The notes under the pieces are model-generated. The model searched no databases. It was not told the DNA's origin and saw only the letters and a program-made list of their open reading frames with translations. The position numbers and the translations under genes are program-made. Source: Eutreptiella sp. 'Long Island Sound 2002' (taxonomy: Eukaryota > Protista > Euglenida). Taken from it: 64,000 nucleotides of DNA. The DNA lies in contig OZ038379.1 in NCBI GenBank assembly GCA_964036045.1, forward strand, positions 66,898,001-66,962,000. The letters are read 5' to 3'. Numbering within the stretch: the first letter of the stretch is position 1; the number at the start of each line of letters is the position of its first letter. This document shows positions 48,590 through 60,239 of the stretch, piece by piece.

Positions 48590-51500
48590 GTAAGGTATGA
48601 AATGGGGGGGGGTTTCACTATTTCAGACTGTGTTTTAAAAGCCATTTTTTCAACCATACCAATGTTCCAATTCCGAATAGTCGGTTTCAACCCCCAAATT
48701 AGCCAAATTCCCCAAATGAAGCGAAATTTCGCCACTTCCTTGAAATTGGCCGATATCGTACCCTTTTTTTATTCATTTTTTCTGCAATGAGATGCGAAAT
48801 TTCGTCACTCCTTCATTATTTGATGAATTCATGCTCTTATTGTGTATTTACATTTGTGTATGTTGATTTGATTTGATTTTTACCCACATTTGCGCCTTTG
48901 ATGAAATTTATCACCATTCTGACAATATTGGTATGTAGTCTGATCCCTGTTGTTAGGCAATTATGTGATTCTCCGCTGTGAGGTGACCACAGGACATGGA
49001 TCCGGCACAGCTAAGGGTGGTTGTGGCAAGTGGTGAGTTTCGGAACGTTGATGACCTCATCCCCGATGTTGTCAATGGGGGCTCTACAAGGTTTTTGGCT
49101 GTATGGGCCCTAGCAATGCAACGAATAGACGCTCACGGAAGGATCTTACACGGTTGCTGCTTGCCAATGGAATACAGAAGAAGCCCCGTTGACACTGCTT
49201 TCTCAAATCAATTAATATGCTTGTGGAGACTTTTGAGATAGATGGCACCCCCTCATGCACACTCCTAGGATGTACTAATGCCTGGTTCATTGAGCCGGAG
49301 GACACGCCGATTGTTGGCTCCCAAAGGACTTGCGCATGCAGCTATGCCGTCATTTACTGCCAATGCACGGCAATAAACAATGTGGCTTTGGCAAAGCATG
49401 GAGAACCACCAAATGGCGCTCTGGTACGACAATCGGGTGAACAAGAATTATGGGGTGGACCCACTGCATCCTCACCACTCCATAAATTGCACAGCTGTGG
49501 GCGTCTTGCATCTACCAGCGCTACCACAATTTCTGGGTCACGTCTCACTAATTCTTGCTGTCCACACAATCGGGGCACGTGTAGATGCTTTGCAACTACG
49601 TCATGCGGATTTGTTTCGGCGGGTTTATGCTCTTCCTGACATGATTCGGCGTACCTTTGTTCGAGTTCCCCTAGACATTGTGTAGCAGAATGTGCTATCT
49701 CTCTGTTGGCTCCCAATGATGCTGTCTCAACTACGGTGTGGAACCATACTGGATCACTTGGGAACTTCTAAATGTCATTCCGCATGTGTAGCGGGCAACT
49801 CGACCTGATTTGCCTCCATGTGTGGATATGAAGATTCACTGTGAGCTCTTGAAGTACCTATATGGGCAGAGTTACTCTTCTTGGAACTTCAAGTTGCACT
49901 GGTCAAGCCTCCCCCTCATCTACGGGTTTGGCACCCATACAAGCGTATGATCACTATGCTTTACCGCAATTTTATGCCCGTTATCTGTTTGATTGAGAGA
50001 GTACACACCCATTTCAAGGAAGGGGACGCAATACCAACAAAGGAGAAGCTCCTTCCTATGGAGGAAACAATACGAGCGTTGTGTCTAAATGCTGACACTT
50101 ACCTACCAAGAGTTCAAGCAAAACTTGATGCATTTGCTGTGGCGGTGCAGAATGGACCATTGATGGACGTGCAGCCGAAAAGCAAAGAGCTACTTTTGGG
50201 GTTGAAGGTGTTTTTTAAAGGGTATTGCCCAGCTGCATTTAGGATTGGTGTCCTCGTGAGGGAGTGCAATGGGGCTGGTGAGATCCCAGAAGTGGGAAGA
50301 ATGCCTCAGCAATGCCGGAGTCCTGTTTGTTGGTTATGGTTTCTTTGGTGGCGAATAATGGGAGATTGTGGAGTACATCAAGACATTGGTGGCTGCTCTG
50401 GTGACATGGCAGCTTTGGCACTCTCGAACGCCGGGTTGTATTCACAGTGAGGAATACGGGGAGGCAATGTTGAGCAGGTTGTGTGCACAGTGCCAGGTTT
50501 GGACTACCTACACATCTCTCAGTGGCACCTCGGAAACTTTTGTAACGTTGACTCAAACCTGACAAGGAGGAACAACCTACGGTGCTCACTGACGGAGAAG
50601 TGTGTGATGCGGTTTGGGTCCCATTTGAGAAAATTTATTCTTAGTATTTCTGTTGCATCCTTGCCCATTGTGCAATGGAAGCCCCCACCCCTTCGGGTTG
50701 TAGAAGTAGTCGTGTTGCGTAGTATAGATGACCTTCATTTTCCTCGACTATTTCCGGCACTTCCACCATGTAGCTTTCTTTTCACCGTCTTCCCAATATA
50801 TATTAAGACCCTGCTTCCGAAGAACACCCCAAGCGATGGCCTTCATACAGTTCTACAGCAAACAGTGCCTCCTTCAACCATTGCAGGGCAAGGGAATGTG
50901 GATATCCAGCGAGTGATGCAAATCAGCCGCCCGCCTAAGCCTAAAACCCAAACAAAGGAAACCGGTTGCAAAACCAGCTGCCCCCTCTTCCCAAACAAAG
51001 TGCACCCTTTGCCAAACCAGCCCCAAGGAATGCCAAACCCGCAGCCAAACCTGGTGCACAGCGATAAGTAGCGCACAATAGGGTTTAGCATCTAAATAGG
51101 GGGGAACACCCGGGTGCGCAGAATGGGACCGATGACGTGGAGGATGTGGCCTTGTTTGCAGTCAACAATCACAGTGATAACAGTAGTGTGTCGGATACTG
51201 ACAATATAGTAGCAATTCTGGACGAAGAGGAGGTGTTTGGACAAGATATTTGAACATGGGACTGACATACGTGTTGTCCTTACAATGTACCACAAATTGT
51301 CCTTGGATTGTGGTGTTTCTGCATCGAGTGGTGAAATTTCGCCACATCTAACATAATTGGTTTTTTCAGTAGTGGATTTGCCATTTTTGCGTTAAGACGC
51401 GAAATTTCGCATGGTTTTGCTGTTTTGGATGTTGGAAGCCTGCCCGGTAAAGGGTATTGTTACGCTGCAGCCAGTCCTACCAACAATTTGCTATTGTTTT

Positions 51501-51700
51501 TTGCCTGTGATCCCCACTTTGCTAATGCGATGTACTATCTTTTGCTGACAATATCATGATTTGTGACTTAGGGTACAATATGCCCCTTTCGTGGATTCCC
51601 CTTTGCATAGGCTATAAATTAGGCATAGTGCGCACCGAAAACAACAAATTACCAACGTCTGTCACTGAGATCCACGACTAGAGCACCCTGATTCCTCTAG
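48590..51700 (+). mobile_element. Probable decayed DNA transposon of unassigned superfamily
   Basis: Coding remnants 48996-50700 (FRRVYALPDMIRRTF; PKSKELLLGLKVFF; MEYIKTLVAALVTWQLWHSRTPGCIHSEEYGEAMLSRL) are bracketed by GCGAAATTTCGC palindromes at 48721, 48794, 51331 and 51399. Exact termini not resolved. Confidence 0.45.
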
Positions 51701-53173
51701 GCCCCCGTTGTCATGTTATCTGTACCCCCCAAATCAAACCACAATGTGCCTGCGGCCCCAGAGCCACCCTCATTGTCACAACCCTCCGGGTCTCGCTGAC
51801 TGTCTTGATTCGCCCATGCTGCCGGTTCACATCCATCCGCAAGACCTTCTAGGATAACAACACTGTCTTCTGGACGGCATTTGCTAGAGTGATTGTATTC
51901 GAAGGTCCCTTCATGTTTGCACGGTTGTGCGGTGTCCATGGGGATCATAAAAGGGTCCTGGTTTGGCATGACAATCGTATGTTGCTGCACGTGCACCTAT
52001 ATGTCTATCGATTGTGTTCCGTCATGGGGGCCAATTTTTTCTGCTATTGCTGCAGCGCGCAGTTTCAGGATCATTGGTGGTCAGCCTGTGTTTTGTGATG
52101 CAGGGGGACTAGCAGGTAAACGCGAGAAAAAGAATTTGGACCCTTTGAGATGGCAGGTGGAGTTTGAGTGTATGGTTCTGTACTCCGATACCCCGTTGCG
52201 TCAGAGGAGACGCCTAGCCGGCCACCAGCACACAGCACAACTGTCAGGCAGAGCACCATGCATAAGTGAAAGGGCAATGCTGCTGATGGAGAACTTGGAG
52301 GAGCCGGAAAATGTTGATGTCCTTCTCATGGACGTGTGCCGCCAAATGTTGCAGGAGGCTGGACTAACAACTGACGAAGGAACTCTCTTGTGTGAATGTT
52401 GCTCTCATGCTCATTATTGTCTTTGGCCCTAAAAACTTTGGTCCTATACACTATAGGATTGTGTGGCACGACGATGGCTACTTTTGGCTAGAATGATGGT
52501 GGGAACTGGCTGTACAACAATTGATGGAGTACGCAATTTTGAGAACAAGAGGATTTCTTCGGCACTTGGATAATTCAAACCATTGGAATGGCTCATTGGA
52601 CCATTCATGGGGCAGTGTACGAGATACATGGAGACTCCACGAGCTACACCGTGGCTCCCGGGGATTGTGCCTTCCAGTTTTGGCAGCCCGCCCTGAGTAG
52701 GTGCGCTTTCCCATGTGCACAAAGAACAAAAACCCTCTGCCTATCATTTCCTTCCGTATCCTTAAAATTTATGGTTGCGGCCTTGCGCAAGTCATCATCA
52801 CAATCTATTTCTTGGGAGGCCGCGTAGAGGGTCTCCCATTTTTCACCGCCCCCTAGTAGCCACCAACTTGATAGTTGGTTGGGGCTGGCGGTCCCACCCA
52901 GCATGCAATGCACATACCGGGCCTCGTGCCTCGATGTACCATACGTTGCAATAGGCAACCAATGCCACCGTCGGTTCCCCAGGCTGCACGATGTCCAAAG
53001 ATGGGGGTGGTTGACACCTGTACAAGTGCCTGATGCGCCCATGGAGGTAGCAGGCCGCACCATGGATGGCCGTGTCGTCTTTGGTATAGGTAGCACGGGG
53101 TGCCATAAGGACGCTCACCCCCCTTTTTTTATTGCTATGGCATCCGCTATCTAATGTGTAAAAGTCGCTTGAT

Positions 53174-53247
53174 CGTGACATAGCTTAGTCGGTTGTAGTA
53201 CTATGTTTTAATTCCAAAGGTCATGGGTTCAAACCCTATTGTGCACA
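53174..53247 (+). pseudogene. tRNA-Lys(UUU)-like pseudogene or SINE head
   Basis: TAGCTTAGTCGG (A-box), TTTTAAT loop, ATGGGTTCAAACCCTAT (T arm, B-box). D and anticodon stems are broken; the acceptor stem has a 1-nt deletion. Confidence 0.6.
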
Positions 53248-54090
53248 ATATTTGTACGTTCGCTTTTTTGGTCTCTTTTGTGTCTTCATGTTTGCATGTT
53301 TGTATCTGCATGCCCCCCTTGGGACAGTTTGCTATGGGTCCCACATTAAGGTGGACCCTTTCAGTTAGTCACGGGCACACAGACCCCTTAAACCCCCCCC
53401 TGCTCTCAAACCCTTCCCCGAAGCAACCGGCCCGTGGCAAGGAAACAAACAAAAGTTAGTGAAGCACAGAGCGCCACAGATAACACCTTTTTGCAAATGT
53501 TATTTTTTCTTTTTTTGAGAACTATTGTTTCTTAGTTAACGAGGTGCTATCTGTTGGCCGGGTGCTTGGGCAAGCAGGTTTCACGTTCTTGCCCTGTTGG
53601 GGGGGGAGGAGAGGACGCCCAGGCACCCAAGGGGTCCAAGAGAGCAGGGTGGGCTATAAAACTGAAAATGTAAGTTCTTCTTCCACCCTCCAGCCTGGGT
53701 CACCCCTGCTTCTTGCCCCCTGCCCTCGGGTTCCACACATTTCTGGGCTTCAGTAGGTTAGGGATGTTGCAAACATTAAATTTTTTATGATGTTTCTGTG
53801 ATACTCAAGGTCATCTTAACGTCATATTTATGCCCCATGCCTGCACGTGTACCTGCACCCCTGAACAATTCACCACAGCCGACGAGGTGGCATACCGGCT
53901 GCTGTACCGTGCCTGCACTTGCACCCCTTGAACCCGGAGCCGTTCCGTGTAGCCTTCTAGAGAATGTGGCACAGTGTCAATGGACAGCGTGCTTCGTTGT
54001 AGGTTGAAAGTGCACCCTGCAACTCATTACCTGGAAGTCGAACCTCTTCGAGAGTCATTTCTAGTGTCCCTATTCTTTGTTGTCATAGCC

Positions 54091-56698
54091 ATGGTAAAAT
54101 GCAAGAAAAAGGGAAAAGGAATAAACAAAGGAAGCTGAAATTCATTAAGGATGTCGCGCTCCAGGTCGCTGCCATACAAGCCAGTGAACGACGTCTGCAG
54201 GCTGCGCAAAAGGCAGCCAATCGCAGAGGATCCGGCGTCCACATTTCGGTTAGCGAAGGAAAGAAGCTGGCGCCTCCCTCCGACGAGCAGGAAGAGGCCC
54301 TGTTGGACAACCTGCATGCAGGCCCATCTCCTTTTTCAGCCAATGCTCTGAAGTCCCCGTTCAACGCCTCCACGTTCACGGGACTCCAAGGTGCCCCGTA
54401 GCCAGAAATGCCATGGATCGTGGGCATAGCAAGTGGCATGATGTGTCTTTTGCCCGTTGCACCTTCGGGGGCCCATCAATGTGGACAACAGGCACAGCAA
54501 ACCAACAGCGCGTGAAAGGCCAAGCTACACAACATTGTAAAGGCAGCACAAAGCATCAAGCGGCAGCATTGGTTGCACGGACAAACGACACTGTCCGCCA
54601 TTTGCTGCCCATTGCTGAGCTCCCCCCTTGGCTGCGGGTCACATAGAATGGTGCAATGTGTACCATCTGTGCAGCCTATCCTATTGCAGAAGATAACGAA
54701 TGGAGTCGGGGGAGAGGTTGCACGGCGCGGCATGACATTGAGGCCCATGGTCGCAGCGCGCAGCATTACGCGCTGCTGCCAAAGCCACCGCTTTGTAAGC
54801 CCATCACCCCGCGCCACCCGGAGCCCTAACCCTCCTTCCGCATCCCTGTGCCAGTCCAGAGGGCAGTGACAAATTGTTGTGGGGCTCTTCACTCAGGTAA
54901 AGGGTACCATTTTTACAAGACTGCTCGTTCTTTGGACCATATAAAGGGTAGGGACCGCACCCTTCGTTCATGCTGTGGGCACTCTAGTTCCCCACGCATT
55001 CGCAACATGATTGTAGAGGGTGCTAGGAAGCGCACCAAGCTGCTGACACTGCTTTTGAACGGGTTGATTCTTCTGTTAGATGCCGGAACACGGCGCGCTA
55101 CCAAGTCATAGCCAATTTCTATTTTTGTCCCGGGGGACAATGGTGGGGATATTGTTGTTGCTTTGGAGGACATGGTGCCTAACAATGATGTGCGTGATTG
55201 CGATCCTGAAGCAGCAAATCCAGCTGCATATGATGCTAATGTGCAGAAAATTTTCTGGCATCCCGATTTCCCTTGGCGGTGGATGTTGGACAGGTTCGTG
55301 GGTCCTATGTGGCAAGGTTGAATGCCCCGCGTTCCTCCATGTCCCATTGTTTGGATCCTAGATGCTTCGCATGGGCTGCCGCGTAGTGTTGCCCACGGGC
55401 AAGCCGCGGTGAGAACATGGTACCGGGCACTTGATTGGGATGTCTCCCTGATGTGCATCTTTTACCGTACCTCTGCTAAATGAATGTGTGGCCTGGGCCG
55501 GCATGGGGGCAAGCACTGCTTCCAGTGACGCACGGGAGTGCGATGGGTAGAAGCAGTGCGCAGGGAGCGAACAATTGTTTTACAAAACCTGGATGCAGCC
55601 CTCAAACACCTACCCGAATATATTTCTGCTGCAGTAGATGGCCAAAGGAAGGCCAAGGGCGTAGAACTTCTGGCAGCCCTATCGAATAATGTCTTATGGG
55701 TGTCAGCGGCTTTTTTTGTAGATGTTTTCACGGTCGTGTGTGCAAGCAGCAAACTTGTCTACGCCAACAGAGGTGTCACCAAAGATGCCGCGCCTGGTCT
55801 GGTGAATGTGATGTGCAGCCAACTTGCACATCCGTGCACACATGTTTTGCAGGGCGGGTGCGAGAGCCGACTGTGTGTTGACCCGGCGATCAGCCCCGTG
55901 CGTGCTACCCGGGCACGCTTTCTCAACGCCCTGATTTTTGATCTGCAAGCGCGGTTCCCTCAGGCTAATTGGGTTAACAATGACAACATGCCAGATTTTG
56001 CCGCCCCCAGCTCCCGTTCATGTGAGTGTGTGTTTAGTTACATGACGCAGGCAGATGCGGGGCAACCCACACACTTCATGAGTGATAATTTGCTTGTTCG
56101 GTGTAACGGTGAGGCTTCAGAGCATTGGTGTCCGGCAACCGTGTTGAACGCATTGCGGGACGTGCCATTGCAACCTAGAAAGCGCAAAGTAGACGGAGAG
56201 GAAAAACGAAGGCAGGATGACTACCCACTCCTTCATTATCAGGCCTTCAAGGATCTTCCAGTCCCAGTTGACAGCCCCAGCCCTAAGGTGACGGATGTAA
56301 TGCGTGCTCCGCGGACCGTCTCATAGAGCAACGACTGCAGCCCCGATTTCGATGAAATTTGGGAGACATCTGGTGTCATTGGGGATGCAAAAAGTGGCAC
56401 TGGTGATGTAGATCAAGATGTTGATGCCCCGTTCCCTGCGTTTGCACAGATAGTCCAGCAAGATGTACCACGTGCCTCCCCCGTGGTTGAGCGCCCTACC
56501 AGTGACGGCAGCCCCAAAGTGCAGTTTCAATATGATGTGGACGATGAGTTATGCAAAGCCATGAAGCAAGCGACAATGACCGAGTGGACATTGGTTGAAT
56601 TGAAGTCCATTTGCAGACTCCATAGTCTCTCTGTGCGTGGTACCAAGCCTGAATTGCTGGCCCTTGTGACCGCACACGTCTCGCAACTGTACCCTTGA
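54091..56698 (+). pseudogene. ZNF862-like hAT transposase pseudogene with two TTF-type zinc fingers and a C-terminal SAP domain
   Basis: PWIVGIASGMMC...WTTGT...HCKGSTKH; PWLRVT*NGAMCTICAAY...NEWSRG...AHGRSAQH; LLLDAGT (first D); PRSVAH (CxAH position); IFYRTSAK; VRWVEAVRR; FLNALIFDLQARF; PSSRSCECVFSYM...DNLLVRCNG (hATC dimerisation domain, third E); WTLVELKSICRLHSLSVRGTKPELLALV (SAP), in the same frame after one TAG. Confidence 0.85.
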
Positions 56699-57729
56699 AC
56701 AACGGATGAGGGTGTTTAAGGAGCCGGCGCGGCGCCCACGCTGTGTGGTGTGTGTGTCTTAGTGCGGGGCCTTTGGTGAGGTAGGGCGTATTGGACATTT
56801 TAATTTTTTTTTGTTACGGCACCCCTTGAGAGACAGTGAAAGCCCGGGACTCTGCTGCAGCTAGCTTTCGAAGCATGCTGTACACCTGTTCCCATACCAC
56901 ACTGTACGTCATGCTCCCCACAAGGTTACCGCCTTTGTCCTAGAGAGGTGCAATCACCATTCCCAAAAACGGCCATACTCAATCTTTTCTCCATGCTGGG
57001 CTCGGGCTGCACGGTCTATGTAGCTGTGGCCTCTACGTTAAGGACTATTTGCCCGGTATGGGGCAGGTACTTTAGGTGTAGGGTTCTGCTAGCTCTTTGC
57101 TAGCAATTCGCTGGAGATTTTGTAGGCGTCTCCGTTGCTTGCGATAGGGTCCCAAACGGAGGGCCTCCTGGGGCCGTGCCCCGTCACCGCGCCCCATTGT
57201 GTGTGGGGGAAACCATGTGGAAATGGGGAAGGTTTTACGCATTATCCTATGGTCCCAATGCACAAGGTGACTAAATTTGGTGAGATTTGTACGAAATTCC
57301 TACGAAATTCGCACAAATTTCGTACGAATTCACCAGATTTCCCCATGGTGTGAATGAACACTTCACGTTCAGTTGCCACCAAATTTGTACGACTTTCGTA
57401 CGAATCTCACCGAGTTTGTCCTTTTTTGACATGAAACACCGTACGGCTTGTTTCTGATGTGAAGCGTAAATTAATTTCATGCTCAAGAAAATCAGTCCTG
57501 CTTGTACAACGTGCCTCAATGAGATTTTTTGCCACACCCACAACACGGCAGCAACACGAGAACAAGACAAGATGTTCAAATAGCAGGAACAGAAAAGTAT
57601 GACATGAGTTGATGCGGTACGCGTCTGTCGCAAAGGTTGCGAATTGGGTGGGGTACTTCACATGCACTTCAATCCACGCATGCGGGCTTCACCAGGGGGG
57701 GGGCTTGGGCGGTACTTGTATGTGCATAC

Positions 57730-58430
57730 TATTTGTGCAGTTTACGCGGGACAGCGGGTTGCGAGGTCCAAGGCAGGTGTACCCCCCCCCCCCATACAGC
57801 CCCTGCGGCAGAATTGCGGCTGGCGGAGCCCTGGAACCTCTGCTCCCCCCCCCAAAGGTGGCGTCCAACGCCGCCGCCATCAGGCGGCGGGGGGGGGGGG
57901 TTTGTGCTGCACGAGTTGGACATGGGAGCCACCGTCCCCACCTCCACCTCCATCTTGCCCTGCACGAGTGCCATGCGCAGGCCCATGGCGGCGCCGACAT
58001 CTGTCCCTGTGCCGCCTCGGCCCGCGCATATCAAGCCTGCCCCGGCCAAGAGGAACCCGGCGTTGGCCAGGATTGGTGCCACCGGCCCCCCTCCCCCCAC
58101 CACCCTCTCAGCCGTCAGGCTCTCGGTCTCCACCTCTGCCGTTGGCCCAGCCATGCCCCCCTTCGCCCGCTGCGCCTCTTGCTCCAAGGTTTTCGCCTTG
58201 GCGGTCAAAGGCTCCTTGTCGCAGCGCACGGAGTCGTCCTCTACGTCAGCGGCCTCCCTGTCCTCGTGGGCCGGAGCAAGGTGCTGCTCCGTGTCCCTGA
58301 GCGCTGCCTCTGCGGAGAGCGCCCGCACCTGCCACCGCTCCAAGTGCTGTTGCTGCTGCTCCAACCACTGGGCCACATCCCCCCCGGCCCGCTCACATGC
58401 CGCATGCTCTGCGGGGCTGCTTGTACGAGA
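57730..58430 (-). pseudogene. Coiled-coil, low-complexity exon downstream of the dioxygenase-like gene
   Basis: AQWLEQQQQHLERWQVRALSAEAALRDTEQH...AKAKTLEQEAQRAK within ORF 57729-58871; preceded by a pyrimidine tract and AG at ~58420-58450. Confidence 0.45.
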
Positions 58431-58839
58431 TAGAGATAAAGGCAAAGTATTGGGGGTAACACTCGAGGAAGAGGGACCGCCTATGCAATGGCCATCGGTG
58501 CAACCGAACGCCACCACTGCATATTTGGGACAAATTCGCACGAATTCGTGCGAATTTCGTACCAATCCCACGGAAACTTCTGAATTCAGACGCTTGCCGC
58601 AGGCATTTGTACGAAATTTGTATGAATTTCGTGCGAATTTCGTGCGACCTTCTGCAATTTGATGGTTAATGTAAGCAAACACGCAAAATTGCACAAGGGC
58701 AGATGGACCAAGCCCCGGCACAGGTGGACTTGGGGGTTCGCGAGGCTTGGGCGGTCCCCGCGGTGCCACAGTGTGGTGGGCCGGACGGGGGGGGGGTGGG
58801 GGGGCAACACTGGTGATGGCGACGTTGACCGCCTTCCCC

Positions 58840-60190
58840 TCAACGACGGTCCCGTCCTTGTTGACCTCCAACTGGTAGCACTGAATGCTCGGCCACCCCC
58901 AACACGTCCCGGGCGTCGGCTAGGGCAGAGCGCGTGAGGAACACAGGCACCTCGGGGGCGTCCGCAAACATGCCGTCAGCAACATCCCCTTCCCACAACC
59001 CCACCCTCCTTGTGGCCCACTTCCCCAACCACAGCACTTGGCCAACGCTAGGATCGTCCCAGCTGGACATGTCACCAACAACGGCCAAGGATTCAAGGGG
59101 GGGACTAGGATGGAGCTCGGTGGTGTTGGGTTGGTGGTTGCGGTGCTTGGCGTTGGGGGTCCATAGTTGAAAAAGGGCCCCTTGCATTGCATCCCGGGCA
59201 CCCGGGGGTGCAGGCATGCCATGGTGGCGGCTGGTGGCCAGCATGAGCAGCATGTCCCCCCTATGCAGCTCAATGGCACCTCCTCCGCCTCCCTCAAGGC
59301 CGTCCCTGCCCGCACCCGCACCTGGTACTCCTCCGGAAGACAAAGGAAACTACTTAGGTGGCATCCCAAGATGTCCCCCCCGTAAGCGGGAAGCGCCTCA
59401 GGATGCGGGGGGCTATCTATGTGGGGGAGACGGGGCCCACTTCCGACACTGCCCATGATGATGCCGCCCGGCGTCATCGGGTGCAGGTCCCCGACCTCAG
59501 GGACACTTTCCATGAGGGGAGGTGGAACTTCTTGAAAAGGCCCCCCTCCACCGCCTGCCCCAGCGACCCCTTGCTCTGCCAACGCCGGGGGAGCGAAGGG
59601 TCCATCGCTTGCTACTCCAAGCGCCCTGCGTTCAACAGGAGCTCAAAAACTTTCCCCACCACCCTCTCGTCACCACTCCCCCAAACCCTCGTCGCCTTGC
59701 TCCACCCCACCTCACCATCCTTTGCATCCACCATCCCCCGAAGCACAAAATAGCCCTTTCCATCAACAAAGCAAGGGGGGGCTGCGAGGGGCCAGCTATG
59801 TTGGGGTCGGCGGGGAATCGCAGGTCTCCCCAAGGGATGGGGTCACGAAGGCGTTTGGTGCAGAGAGGGGGTTAGCTTGAAATAAAGGGGGGGTGGGCAC
59901 ATGATGAGCCCCGGAACCAATGCACAGCATTGGTGGTGTAGAACGTGGGGTGGGTGACATCCGGGATATGAACCTTTGGGTGGATGGTCGGATGGAAAGA
60001 TGCGGTGTCCCAATCCTCCCACCACCGGGGGCTGGCAAGGTGCCACGAGCAAGGGAAAAAGGAATGCGCAAGTGGTGAACCGGCACACGGATTCTGAAGG
60101 CACACCATGTTGCGATGGGGGAGGGCCATGCACCAGGTTAGTGGTGGGGTAGACCTGGATGTGGGCGTCCTTGGTCTTCCCCACCACGCA
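58840..60190 (-). pseudogene. PhyH-like Fe(II)/2-oxoglutarate dioxygenase-like gene with an N-terminal extension (frameshifted)
   Basis: FVDGKGYFVLRGMVD (59770-59730; PhyH N-terminal F..GY.vl.g pattern); IIMGSVGSGPRLPHID (H 59423, D 59417); HLSSFLCL; IELHRGDMLLMLATSRHHGMP (distal H ~59226); MQGALFQLW. Homologous to the 42-46 kb cassettes. Confidence 0.65.
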
Positions 60191-60239
60191 CGGTGTCGGC
60201 AGCAGCCTTAGGCCTGGACTACAGAGACACCGATTGCGA

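Noticed and set aside
48589-51690. TAGGGTG...CACCCTG as hAT TIRs
   Set aside because: Only about 9/13 match and no 8-bp target-site duplication.
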